Source of the DNA: Alloascoidea hylecoeti
Lineage: Eukaryota
Assembly (NCBI GenBank): GCA_001600815.1
Contig: BCKZ01000006.1
Location: 621,048 to 685,047, forward strand
Length of the DNA: 64,000 nt
Direction of reading: 5' to 3'
Shown: one piece after another, positions 50,238-62,578 of the stretch
How positions within the stretch are numbered: the stretch's first letter is position 1
How the letters are laid out: each line of letters begins with the position of its first letter
The notes under the pieces: model-generated
Told to the model about the DNA's origin: nothing
The model's input: the letters and a program-made list of their open reading frames with translations, nothing else
The model's database searches: none
Position numbers and translations under genes: made by a program

Positions 50238-51777
50238 AAGTGTAAAATGATCAAAAAAGAAATAACTAAAGATTTAGAACAAATTATTAAAAAAAAACCA
50301 CCACACAAAAAACAATTCTATATTTTTTATGTGTGAACATGTAACGGAACGGAACAGAGGATACAATTAAATTATACTGGTATAAAGTCATTCATTTTAT
50401 ATGTATCACCATGAAGTTTTGTGTGATAGGGTCTATTACAGCGATGACTAGTAAACTATTGATACGAATTCTTGGTTTTGTAAAAGTTTTAACTTATCCC
50501 TTGCAGGTTAATCGAAGCAATATCCATATCATTTTTAACGTTTTATCCTATTCCCTTCTTTGGGGCGCGTGTAAAGCTGATATTTCCCTGAGGAGGGGAC
50601 CCATTCACTTGGTGATATTCAGTTTGTTATAGAATTTATTCACGCGAGATTTTGACTAGTGAGAGTTACCAACTGCAACTGTTGTAGCGCTTACAGTCCA
50701 TAGAATATTTCTAGTACGGTGCTCTTATTAAAAGTGATTCATGAAATTAATTACGCATTCAATTCACAGAGACATTGATTGTCATTATAAAAAGAACCTT
50801 TTAATAATAGACTCAAAAGCTCAGCTTAAATAACTACGTAATCAGTTTAAGATAATCTTGTACCTGCAGCTGACAAAAGTAATGTGTGTATTATTATCAT
50901 TTAATAGATAATATAAATAGATATCTAGATATAGAAGTTGTGCTTCAGATTTATTTTTTAAATTCATGTTGTTGGGATAATATATATATATATATATTAG
51001 CGTCATAGGGCTGGCTAATCTTGGAAATAACGGTTAATTATCTATATTAATCATAAAATAATATTTTTAATGAATTTTGATATACACAGGAAGTACACAA
51101 CTACGTTAACATGTATTTAAAGGTTATGATTAGAATCAAATTAGGACATAACAGATATACTTAAGGCTTAATTATATATTAATATTGAATCACTACTATA
51201 CGTATTTATCAGTACCATTCCGATGATACTAGCATGTAAACAATAAAACAATTATTATATGATTACGTGAATAAGGTTACGTAATACTCAATGCTTATAT
51301 AACAGCTTACGTCAGTGACAAATAAGCCGACTCTCGGTGGACATTTCCAGCCGCTACTACCCGTTCCGATTTGTGAGCCCGGCAACGGACCCGAATTGTG
51401 GCTCGGACGGTCTAGGCCTCCGCCTTCTCCAACTCCGCCCAACATCCGCCAAACACCTGCCAAACACCCGCACACCATTGTCGGCCTCCAACATTTTCCC
51501 TCATTTCTCTCTTCTTCTTTTGCCATCACCCCTCCTTCGCAATATTTCTCCTTATAAACCTCTTTTCTGACTCATTTCAATCTCATTGATAAATCTTCTT
51601 AAATTTCTTGGAATTTCAGCAATCTCACATCTTTCATTAACTACATTTACTTCAGCGCACTATTCGATCCTAACCCCGAAAGATCCACCTATTATTGAGA
51701 CTATAAAATCAATTAAACATCTTTTAATTATATATAATTACTGCTTTCTAGAATTAAAATCTTGCTCTTAACAGAAA

Positions 51778-53217
51778 ATGTCCCTAAAAATGATCTCCTC
51801 ACAGAAATTGATATCAACCTCATTGGCCAAGGCTCTTCCTTCTCTTTATTCATTGCAAGCTCATGCAAGATGTTATTCTAACATGGAGAGATCTTCATCA
51901 TCTAATAACGACCCTCTAATTAGTATGATTAAGCCAGAAGATATCCCTAAATTACAAATCTTACCCAAGAGAGAACGGAAACCTCAAACTGATCCAGAAA
52001 GACAGGTGTTGTCTAATGCTAATGAGATTAATTCATACTTGGATGCACATATCAATAAGTATAAGAATTTTAACCGTTTTAATGAGTTGCCGATTAATTT
52101 TGGTTACAATCAACACATGCATGTGGACCAGAATGCAGAGAAGAAATTAAGAGAAATCCTATGGGATTTTAGAGCTCCTATCAGATATGCTTTTGGCTAT
52201 GGAAGTGGCGTCTTTGATCAAGGTACCGGAACCAAAAAGCCTCAAGTTGACCTTATTTTTGGTGTTACGTATACTCAGCATTGGCATTCTTTGAATATGA
52301 ACCAAAACCCAAGTCATTATTCCATTCTTCGTCACCTCGGTAGTGGCTTTGTTAGTTCCTTGCAGGACAAGGTTGGTGCTGGTGTCTTCTTTAATCCCTT
52401 TGTTAAAATTAATGATACTGTTGTTAAATATGGTGTTGTTAATATCGATACATTATTCGAGGATCTCTCGGATTGGAACACTTTATACTTAGCTGGAAGA
52501 CTGCATAAACCAGTTAAGATTTTACGTGACGATCCTCGTGTTAGATTTGTTAATCAGACAAATTTACTAAGCGCTCTAAGAGTTGGGTTATTACTATTAC
52601 CAGAAAAGTTTACCGAAGAAGAACTATATAAAACTATTGCAGGTATTTCTTATATGGGTGACATTAGAATGAGTATTGGTGGCGAAAATCCAAACAAAGT
52701 TAACAACATTGTTGATAATCAATTTCTTAATTTCAGGCACATGTATGGTCCATTGATGGCATTGTTACCCAATTTAACAGTTACTTCTTCTCCAGATTCT
52801 TCATTGAAGAATAAGTTTGGTAATGATGTCCTGAAACTAGAACAAAATATGGATCCTATTAAAAGAGGTAATATGGTTGTTCGACTTCCAACTTCTTTCA
52901 AACATAAAATTTATAAATCTTATTCTGAGAAGTTTTCAAATGAATTAGCTAAAGATGAACAAGCACAAGAATTTTTAGCTAAGAGGACAAAAACTTCAAA
53001 TGCTACTCCTTTACCAAGCACTTCATTTGATCAAAAAATTGCAAGTGATGATCAATTAAAACAGCAAATTTCACAATCTATTAGAGATACAATTACAAGA
53101 CCAAGTATTTCTCAAACTTTAAAAGGTGTTATGACTGCCGGTTTTGGACGTAGCATTAAATATGCTTCGGAGAAGGCTTCTAAATTTAGAGCTGGATCTT
53201 CTGAATTAAACAAATGA
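51778..53217 (+). CDS. TAM41: Mitochondrial phosphatidate cytidylyltransferase Tam41 (479 aa)
   Basis: APIRYAFGYGSGVFDQ, HWHSLNMNQNPSHYS, KYGVV, LYLAGRLHKPVKIL, ISYMGDIR, GENPNKVNNIV; basic presequence-like N-terminus. Confidence 0.95.
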   Translation: MSLKMISSQKLISTSLAKALPSLYSLQAHARCYSNMERSSSSNNDPLISMIKPEDIPKLQILPKRERKPQTDPERQVLSNANEINSYLDAHINKYKNFNRFNELPINFGYNQHMHVDQNAEKKLREILWDFRAPIRYAFGYGSGVFDQGTGTKKPQVDLIFGVTYTQHWHSLNMNQNPSHYSILRHLGSGFVSSLQDKVGAGVFFNPFVKINDTVVKYGVVNIDTLFEDLSDWNTLYLAGRLHKPVKILRDDPRVRFVNQTNLLSALRVGLLLLPEKFTEEELYKTIAGISYMGDIRMSIGGENPNKVNNIVDNQFLNFRHMYGPLMALLPNLTVTSSPDSSLKNKFGNDVLKLEQNMDPIKRGNMVVRLPTSFKHKIYKSYSEKFSNELAKDEQAQEFLAKRTKTSNATPLPSTSFDQKIASDDQLKQQISQSIRDTITRPSISQTLKGVMTAGFGRSIKYASEKASKFRAGSSELNK

Positions 53218-56200
53218 TTTTGTAACTAAGAAACGCATTCTTTTATAGGATTATTTTCGACACAAATGCAAAAGGATCATTGGAAAGTTTTTGATTTTTG
53301 ATTTAATTGATTTTTTTAAAGAGACTGAAAGATAGAGAACTTCCACGGTGAAGATAGAAAATGACTTACTTTTTTTCCACCCTTTTTAAAGGTTTATATA
53401 TCATTAAACTTTCATGTTTTATATCATCAAATGGGATTTCTTGAAATTATACTGGGAAACGTTACAGTTAAATTAATTTTTGATATATTATTATATTATA
53501 TTCTGTTTTTGTATCCCCGTTTTGAACAGAATATTGAATTCAAATTTAAATTCTAAAACAACAAAAACAAAAATTTATATTATGTTTTTATTTATTTATA
53601 TTATTATCAACTTATACATATTAAAATACAAAAAAAGGAAAAAAAAAAAATTGGAAAAAAATTGGAAAAATAAATATACAATAGTTAACAGGAAAATGGG
53701 ACAAAAATTTTAAAGGATGGATTTTATTTAGTTTTATTGTTAGTTAATTAATTTCGTGGTATATATATATTATTATAAATTAGCTATAGTTATAAAAATT
53801 ATCAACTTTTTTTTTTGTAATTATGAAACGCGCTCAAGCTTGAAATTCGTATTTCCTAACATCCAAACATCTCGTCATGAGTACTCCATGCCAAATATTT
53901 AGTCTACCGCATGACCGAAAATAAGTGGGCCTACTGCTTTCTTGGGTTACCCTACCTTTACGAGCTGAGATATTACAAAAATAATTTTTATAGTCAGCAG
54001 TTGCGAGTAAGAATAACTCGTGTATTTTCACACTTTAATTCGCAATATAGATTGCCTACGCCCCACACATAATAAACCATATTTTAAACTATTTATTTTG
54101 ATCCAAGCGTTATATTTTCTGTAGTACATGTTTACTATATGAGGGTAGGTTCAGTTGGGGGCGAATTACCCAGATAATATTATTGCAAAAGCCTACTAAC
54201 TCAAATTTGTTATTACTCGTGAGTTTTTCACTTAAATGTTAGCTAATTAAGCAGCGTTGTTTCACGATCCATGTCAAATGCCTGTATCTAACCGTTACAC
54301 CACAAAGCTCATTAACTTATTGTGAACTCTTCGAATGTGCTATATATCCAACAATCCATACCTAGGTAGAAGGTACCTAGTCCCAGATATTAAACATTTT
54401 GGGAGTAACTTACTTTAATAATTAGAAATCCTTGCGTTTTATAGGAATGTATTCTAAACTAGAAATAATAAACAAATAAGATCAAGGATATTGAAAATAC
54501 TTCAACAGTAAGTTATTCAACACACACCCCTTGTCAATAAAAGCTAATACCCATTGAATTCGAATGAAAGGATATTATTCTTAATAGTTGAAAGTTTAAT
54601 ACAGTTAGACTCTAATGTAGTGTTCAACAATTCTATTTCATAAATCGCGATTCCGTTTTACCCACTATATAAAGCTCTCATACTAAATTCAACATTAATA
54701 TTAACATTACTTAATTTTGTTATATCTTATCCCGCATTAATATTCTGTTTCATAGAATATTTTTAATTATTATATTTGCACTGAATTAAAGAGGGATGAT
54801 CGAACTTTACACACCACACGGACAAGTGGGATTCATTGATGGATGGTCATCATCAAGGAACATAAAAGTATAATGCAATTTGTTAATTGCCGTCAATACT
54901 ATAGTTAGTTAAATGTGCAGATGAGATTAATTAAATAATTATATATACGGCTCAATTAATTAATTTATACGAAATAAATAAGTATAATTGCTTCCGTACG
55001 AATATATTTTTGCCAATTGGGTGCTTTAATTGATAATCATAAAGGTATCGAAAAGGCCTTATAATTATTTAAAAAGACTCTGACAAAGTTAATTGCTATA
55101 TGTCGAAATCGTTTTGCTTAAGCTTATTACATTTAGTGTTTCTGCTCAAAATTTACATGTTCTATGACAATAACCCGACTTAATTTAACCGGAAACAATT
55201 TATCTGTGGCCAAAAATCAACCCTATAAAGAGCAGCGCTTTGCAAATAAACTTTCAATAATTGAGAAAATTGGTACTGTAAATGTTAATTACAAGTAACT
55301 ATAACATCAATTATAACCGAATCGTTACTACCAGATGTAGACTTCTTTTCCTTGAACTTGGTTAATTTTAGAATAGCTATAGTTCATCGGATCGGGGCTT
55401 CCAGTTGTTATACATGGTCGATATATCCATTTAATCTTTATAGTTAAGATATAAAACCGATAAGTTGTAGTTATAAAAATTATAGCATATGCAATGCTAT
55501 TATGCATACGTAAAGTTAAATTAGCACTCTTCTGAAAGTTTCTTACCATTGAATCTTAGGTTAGAGAAAGGCCCGTTATATTAATCTGTGATAACATACA
55601 ACCATTTAGAAAATCAGTATATTATTAAACGAAATAGTAACTAAATATCCAATCACATCGATATCATCTATTGCATAGTTGAAACCGATACGTATAATGC
55701 TAAACAGGAGCCTTAAACAGCATGAACTCAAAATCCTAGGCTTGAAAACAATATCAGATTTGTCCTCAAAGCTACAGGTAACTTAATAATCTTCCTTTTT
55801 CTTTTCTTTTTAATTGAAAAGAGCTATTAAAAATAACGTATAGTATATCTAATTAATCACATCGAACTGATTTCAATACCCGATACTTCTGCTTTAAACA
55901 TACTACTTGTATATACTAAATGATTACACACTAGAATCGAATTCAATTACCAGGAAAAAAAAATAATAATCCTTATAAAACTAAAAGATTTTGCACAATA
56001 CACTGGCTAACTTATAATTATTTATATAATATATAGGCGAACGGAAGTCTCATGACTCAGCAAAGAAATTTACAGAACCAATACCAACTATGACATACAT
56101 ACACCACTTTAATCAGGGAAGTTTCCTCGCACTGATTCCCCAAACATCATACTAACGAAGGTAACGAAAAAACCAGAAAGAAAGCAGCGTATTAAACTGC

Positions 56201-57859
56201 GGAGCACACCAAAAGATGCTCTATCTAATCCATAATTGTGAAGTTTACAATTATGCTCGAACAATAAGTGATACTACCTACAGCATCTGCTCATCAACAC
56301 ACATGAAAAGAAGGAATGGTTGTACTAAACATGCTTAAGGGTAATCGTCGATCGATCAATCCATAATGGAAAATGGAAATTTATGCTCAAACGCAGATAA
56401 GAGGCTTTAGTGGAAAAAAAGGAACATCAATCGTATGATCAAAGAGACAAAGACTATCTCTATGAGACTAGCATGAGACTATATGACTCTATCGGCTTCC
56501 TCTCCATCTGTACTAATCACAGCCACATGCTCATATTACATAATAGATAAACTCTCACATAACCTAATTTTGTATTCTCGGTTCTGTTGTATTCTGTTCT
56601 ATTAATATTTCTACTCTTTTTGTTTAAGCTTATAATTACATGTATAAATCTGATTTAATATGCATAGTTTGGTAATGAAGAAGTGCTATGTATAGTAAGG
56701 TAAGTGGTAGCGTAGTAGCGTAGCTATGATTATAAAGTGTGTGGCCTTAAAATTTATAAATAGATTTCTCTAAGCTATCTGTGGAACTAAAGCTAGAGCT
56801 CTAATATTCAACTTTAATGTTTGGCGGCAGAAAGAATTTCCATTTATTTCTAATTAAAGCAGAAATTGATTAAGATACTCAATTGATTGCAATCAACGGT
56901 GAGATTATTAATTACCGGTATATATCAATTATATTTACGACCAGCGTTATATGATTTATCTTGCTTCTAATTAAATTTTTTTTCATATTTATAGAGCAAC
57001 AAAAATCTTTAAATCATAATGCAATACTGATATTTTTGCCAAACATTTTGTTTTTCTTCAGCCACATATTAAAGATAATAATAATATATTGTGAACAGCT
57101 GAGTTGAGGTTGATTAAAAGATTAACTCAAGGTTACACGACCACGCTAATAAAATCTACAGCTGTACAGCATTGGTATACGCGCCGGGCTCTGCAGGTAC
57201 AGGCCCATACATAGCTAGAGAAAACACAGAAACGTAACATCCTTACAGAAGCTTGAAAGACCATGTCTCAAGACTCTAAGCGTATGGCATTCATTGTTTT
57301 TGCTCAATATCGCATCCAGAAGCTCCACAACAAAGTTGAGAAACAGTCTTGAAATATGTGAATGATATACTTACTAGCTATAGCTGCAGTCCGTATGCAA
57401 GGTAATTAAACTCTAAATGGAATAACACCCGAACATCTTCGTTGCGAGAAAGCCGAAAATGACTGAATTTTAAAACTGAAACAATGTTTTGATTTTTGAT
57501 TCTAAAGAAAAGACAATAAACATAGATTATTTATGTGTGATAGACCGAAAAGTAATGTCCTAGAGAGCTTCTCTCGTATCAATTCTCGGAAAACAACCGT
57601 ACTCCAAATAAGGCAGAAATGCAAAAAAGGAATATATATGATTTCGTAGAGACTCGTACTGTACCATATTAAATCCTGTAGTTCTAAATAAGTGAGCCAA
57701 GCGTGCTTTGTATTATGCGTGTACTTTCAGCAACAAACCTAAACCTTAACTACACCAGATCTAGAAATGGCTGAAAAATCGTAAACAAATCTATATGAAT
57801 CAACTGACCGAAACCTTATAATTATATAAAAATTCTCTCATTCTCTTCTCAAACTTGTC

Positions 57860-57867
57860 TATATAAA
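57860..57867 (+). promoter_or_regulatory. TATA box
   Basis: TATATAAA about 80 nt upstream of ATG 57946. Confidence 0.6.
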
Positions 57868-57945
57868 TCGATATATCACCCCGTATTATATTTCCAGAAA
57901 ACATTATTCATTCGCTTCAATAATTACTACTCTATTACTCTTACA

Positions 57946-58431
57946 ATGAAATTTTCCACTGTCTCTGCCATTGCCGCCGCTTCTGGTGCCCTTGCTGCCT
58001 ATGATAATGACACCCTTGTCACTTTCACCTCAGTTATCAGCACAGTTGTTACTGAATACACCACCTACTGTCCAGAACCAACTACCTTAACTCATGGTAA
58101 CAAGACAATCACTATCACTACTGCTGGTACTGTCACAATTACTGACTGCCCATGTACTATCACTACCACTGTTCCATGCACAACCACATACCCACCTGAG
58201 ACTAACCCTGTTCCTGTTGTACCTACTACATCATGTCCACCAGCCGAATCTTCTGTCCCACCAGCCGAATCTTCTGTCCCACCAGCCGAATCTTCTGTTC
58301 CACCAGCCGAATCTTCTGTCCCACCAGCCAAATCTTCTGTCCCACCAGTTCCAACTGCCAATGGTGCTAACCAAGCTTCCATTGCTGGTGGTGTTGCCGG
58401 TCTCATCGCTATTGGTGCCTACTTATTATAA
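57946..58431 (+). CDS. GPI cell-wall protein, Ccw12/Sed1 family (161 aa)
   Basis: Signal peptide [29 protein letters not shown]...TITDCPCT motif, repeat stalk, GPI-type tail [23 protein letters not shown]. Confidence 0.92.
   Translation: MKFSTVSAIAAASGALAAYDNDTLVTFTSVISTVVTEYTTYCPEPTTLTHGNKTITITTAGTVTITDCPCTITTTVPCTTTYPPETNPVPVVPTTSCPPAESSVPPAESSVPPAESSVPPAESSVPPAKSSVPPVPTANGANQASIAGGVAGLIAIGAYLL
58237..58341 (+). repeat. Coding minisatellite, 21 bp x5 (PPAESSV)
   Basis: ccaccagccgaatcttctgtc repeated five times with 2 substitutions. Confidence 0.95.
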
Positions 58432-59273
58432 ATTGTTTTAACTTTTAATGTTAATTTATTTTAATGTATCTTCAATTTTGAGAATTGCATTGTTTTGCTT
58501 TTAATCCTTTTCTAAAATCATTATATCTTTTACTGTTCACATTATACATCTTTTATTTGGTTTTTATTTCAAAAATCCAGATTTGCTAGAACATTCATAA
58601 ATTTTCATTTATATGGTTTCATTCTATATTTTTGATTACAATCATCTTTTTAAATTTGTCAATTTTTACTGCTTTTGGTCGTAAATTGATATCTATAATT
58701 TCTCAATTTCTTAACTCCTCTTTTTTTCTGTAATTTTAAAAGACTATTTAACTATTAGTCGGAGGAAAATTAAATACAATTTTTTTTAAATAATCACTAA
58801 ATTTTATATAAATTAATAAAATTTAAACAATTTAATCGTTTAATTACATATGTATTAAAAAAAAACCTTCTCTAAGATCTGTAAATCTTTCATATATTCG
58901 TTTGTTATTCTAGAATACAGATGCAGACAAATATGATCAGTCTGTTTTTTAGACACCTAAAAAGGAAAAAGGAAAAAAAAAGTTGATACGTATTATATAA
59001 TTATAACCAGTCACTGAATAACTGTTCCCAACTGTTCCCAAAGTGGTTCTTAGTGTGACGTAACGTACCATAGGCGATCTTTTTTACTGAAAAATATATT
59101 TTTCGCTCCAAAAGATGTAGACTATAATTCATAAGCGTACAACTTGATTGAAGGACACATTATAAAGGAAATATTACTAAAATTAAGATTATCAATAGTT
59201 TACACGTTTTTGGTTGAAAACTTTATGTAGTATATAGAAATTTTATTAGATTATATAAAATGACATTTTAAAT

Positions 59274-60239
59274 TTAATACTTAGTGTTGGCTCCCTTAAC
59301 GCCAAAGACGACTGAAGCTCTACGAAGCATGGATCATCGATAATATACTAAACCATAAAGTTCCAGTACGTTGAACGAAAAATAAATATTAGGTTTTCCT
59401 CACTTTCAGATGATGTAGAGGTATTTACTCGCAATTCCTGCCTTATGAAGTACTTTTACTTTTAAGTAATTCCAAATGCTCAATTGGATTCAGGTTCGGT
59501 AAAACAAGAAGATCACTCCAACACCCTACCTCCTTGTCAAAAAACAAAATCATTGCAATTTTTTGTTTGTGGATATGTCCATTATCCTGATTGAATATAA
59601 GGTCCCTCTTCTAGAAGTCCTATGACAGAATATGGTAGGTTATTAGGATACTCAACCGCTCATATAAGATTAAAGTGAAGTAAGACCTCCTTTTTTCCAA
59701 ATTTGAGCGCCTATAATAAGTCTTACAGATTCCGACTTCCTAATACTACAAAAGCCTGGGGTAACGATTTAACATTCGTCACTAAATAAAACACCATCCC
59801 GAACATCCTGAGACCACTCTAATTGCAATATATCTTTAAATTATATTATACTGTTTCTTTTGCTCTTCTCATTCGCATAAAGCCCTTTGCATAGCGAAAA
59901 TATTTCATACTCATGTTTTTACACAGGGGCCACCATTGGGTGGTCTTATATATTCTAACGTTGAACTTTGAAGCCAGTTCTTCAAACGTATTCAAGAAGG
60001 AAGCTTTTCCAATTCTGGAATTTGATTTAATAGCCTTTCAGGAAGTGTTTCAGGCTCTTTTGTTTGAGGAGGCCTAGGTGTTATGCTAGAAAAGTTGGCG
60101 TAATTTTTCACAGTGAGTCACACAATTGAAAATGCAATATAAGCCTTTCTACTATTTCGGGGGCTGAGAAACCATTTTTGCACAGATTGAAAATTTCGAT
60201 TCGCTTTGCTGACTGTAAATGGGTTTTATAACTAGAATT
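59274..60239 (-). mobile_element. Decayed Tc1/mariner-superfamily transposase, DD34E type
   Basis: Collinear motifs on minus strand: HTH-like KRIEIFNLCKNGFSAPEIVERL (60206-60141); WSQDVRDGVLFSDE (59816-59775); IFNQDNGHIHK (D at 59586); PNLNPIEHL (E at 59481, exactly 34 codons between D and E); terminal SMLRRASVVFGVKGANTKY* (59333-59274). Many stops and frameshifts; TIRs not resolved. Confidence 0.85.
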
Positions 60240-61788
60240 ACCTGAAATCTCGCTTAACGGAATTCTTGAAATCACTTCTTTGTATATTTAAAAAGATGAG
60301 GGATATTTTTAGAGGGTGTCTAAAAATCAAACGTTCCAATTTTAGTGCCATAATATATAAACCGAGAAAACATCTGATAGGACAGGTGGTTAAAGAATAT
60401 TTAATGATATTTCCGTACAACAGACTATGACTATAAGGGTTCAAAGAACAACTATTAACGCTAAACCTCACCAACCGCACACCTAGCCACCTACAATAGT
60501 AGATATAAGGCTTATATTAATTAAACGGTGCATGCCATGAAAATTATTTGGATACTATCAGCTAAGTTTGCAGATACTTTCTCTGTCTGGTCGAGCAATT
60601 GCATAAAATTTACCTTACAACAAGCCTAAGTTGGTAATAATCTATTTATATTTTAGGCTTTTTAATCTTATTTTACCTTTTTTGGCCTATGCTTGAATGA
60701 TTGCATTTGCATATGCGCACGTCAGCGAATATATTTTGTAATGAATCAATATAATAAAAGTAAACAATATCGCTTACAATATATTACATTTTTATTTTTC
60801 CATTCACATTCGATTAACTTTGGATTTGAAATGATGAATAAATTAATATATTTCAGCAATAAGATTGTCAAGCTTTCATGCACATGAGTACCGCTCCCAC
60901 AAAAGCACTGAAGTATTATAGTCAACGTTAACGGAATCACATCTATTAAAGATAGATCCAGCTCACATATTAAACTGAATGTATAGGGTGTAATGTATCG
61001 ACTATTATAACTAGTTTGCTTTCAAGCACATATCACACGTGAACATCTCATAAATGATATAATAATAAAAATATACAAAAATAGAAAAATCAGTCGCAAA
61101 TTAGTTAAGGTTTAAGTTAAAACTTTCCAGGTATATGAAATTTATTTTCCTTAAAATTAGCTGTTGCAAAAACATTAATATTTTTCAATTTTAATATCAT
61201 AATATACTCATATGCATCCATTAATAGTAGCTATTTGTGTAAATATTGGTGGCAATTGATATGGAAGTAATCGAACAAGTAAGTGTTTATATAGGTATAT
61301 GATTATAACATCTGCATATCAGAATCTGTTCTATTAACATATGAATATAGCCTTTTTTTCCCCGAGAGCCCAACGACAGGGATCGATAATCACAAAAAAA
61401 GTCCCGAGTATTCAATTGATTTTTCATCAGTGTAGGAATATGTAGCAATTATAAGATACTAAACGCTATTTGTTTTTCTATTTTTAAATTTCATTTTGAG
61501 TCTGGGATACTTCTGTTTCTAAATTGATACGATGCAGAGTTAAAGTAAAGTTATATATCTATCAGATATGGGTAGAAATTGCAAAATTAAGCATTTAAAT
61601 TTACCTCACTGAAATGATTTGCTAATGCTTTTTGGATTCGTCCTAGCAAAGTTACAATGATTTATATTACGTAGTATTATGGAATATTTATGCTTTCTAC
61701 CGCTTAATATAACTGAATATAAAGCTACATATAATAATATTTTGAAATTTAAATCTAAATCTTAAGTTTTCGCGAGTTTTGCTTAATC

Positions 61789-61796
61789 TATATAAA
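61789..61796 (+). promoter_or_regulatory. TATA box
   Basis: TATATAAA about 75 nt upstream of ATG 61869. Confidence 0.6.
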
Positions 61797-61868
61797 AAGC
61801 ACAATCCCCACCCATTCAGCTCGAAATTATTATTGCAACATTAACATTAGCACCTCAATAATTTATAA

Positions 61869-62578
61869 ATGAAACTTTCCGCTCTCGCTATCCTCGGCCT
61901 AGCCTCCACTGGGGCTTTGGCTGCATACGACAATGCCACTGATGTTACTATTGTAACTGTTGTTACTGAATACACTACCTATTGTCCAGAACCAACTACG
62001 CTTACTCATGGTAACAAGACGATCACTATCACTACTGCTGGTACTGTAACAGTTACTGATTGTCCTTGTACAATTACCACCACTACATGCCCACCATCTG
62101 GTCCAACAACAACACCCCCAGCTCCAGCACCTCCAGGTCCAGCACCTCCAGGTCCAGCACCTCCAGGTCCAGCACCACCAGGCCCCGTACCACCAGCTCC
62201 AGCACCACCAGGCCCAACACCACCAGCTCCAGCACCACCAGGCCCAACACCACCAGCTCCAGCACCACCAGNNNNNNNNNNNNNNNNNNNNNNNNNNNNN
62301 NNNNNNNNNNNNNNNNNNNNNNNNNNNNNNNNNNNNNNNNNNNNNNNNNNNNNNNNNNNNNNNNNNNNNNNNNNNNNNNNNNNNNNNNNNNNNNNNNNNN
62401 NNNNNNNNNNNCACCACCAGCTCCAGCACCACCAGCTCCAGAACCACCTGTCAACCCCTCCACTACGCCAAACAAACCCTCCATCCCAACTGCTACACCT
62501 AACAGTGGTGCTAATAGATATTCTGTTGGTGGTGGACTTATTGCCAGTATTATTGCTGTTGGGCTCTCTTTATTCTAA
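61869..62578 (+). CDS. GPI cell-wall protein, Ccw12/Sed1 family, with proline-rich stalk; spans assembly gap
   Basis: 5' part in frame of track ORF 61869 (signal peptide, [23 protein letters not shown] repeats). 3' part in frame of track ORF ending 62578 ([10 protein letters not shown]...[28 protein letters not shown]-type tail). The frame change falls in the N gap. Confidence 0.88.
62115..62440 (+). repeat. Coding minisatellite of 15-bp (PAPPG) and 30-bp ([10 protein letters not shown]) units, copy number unresolved
   Basis: ccagcacctccaggt and ccaacaccaccagctccagcaccaccaggc units leading into the gap; the PPAPAPP pattern resumes after it. Confidence 0.9.
62272..62411. other. Assembly gap (140 N)
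   Basis: Run of N inside the Pro-rich repeat. Confidence 1.

Noticed and set aside
51263..51771. GC-richer patch with overlapping short ORFs upstream of TAM41
   Set aside because: Open in several frames because of GC content; looks like promoter/5' leader
58092..58441. Alternative-frame and antisense ORFs over the cell-wall repeats (also 61899-62484)
   Set aside because: Artefacts of stop-free tandem repeats
60521..60557. TIR-like string acggtgcatgccatgaaaattatttggatact
   Set aside because: Wrong orientation to close the Tc1 relic and no partner found
62272..62411. Apparent frameshift in the third cell-wall gene
   Set aside because: Coincides with an N gap of estimated length; not evidence of recoding or pseudogenisation
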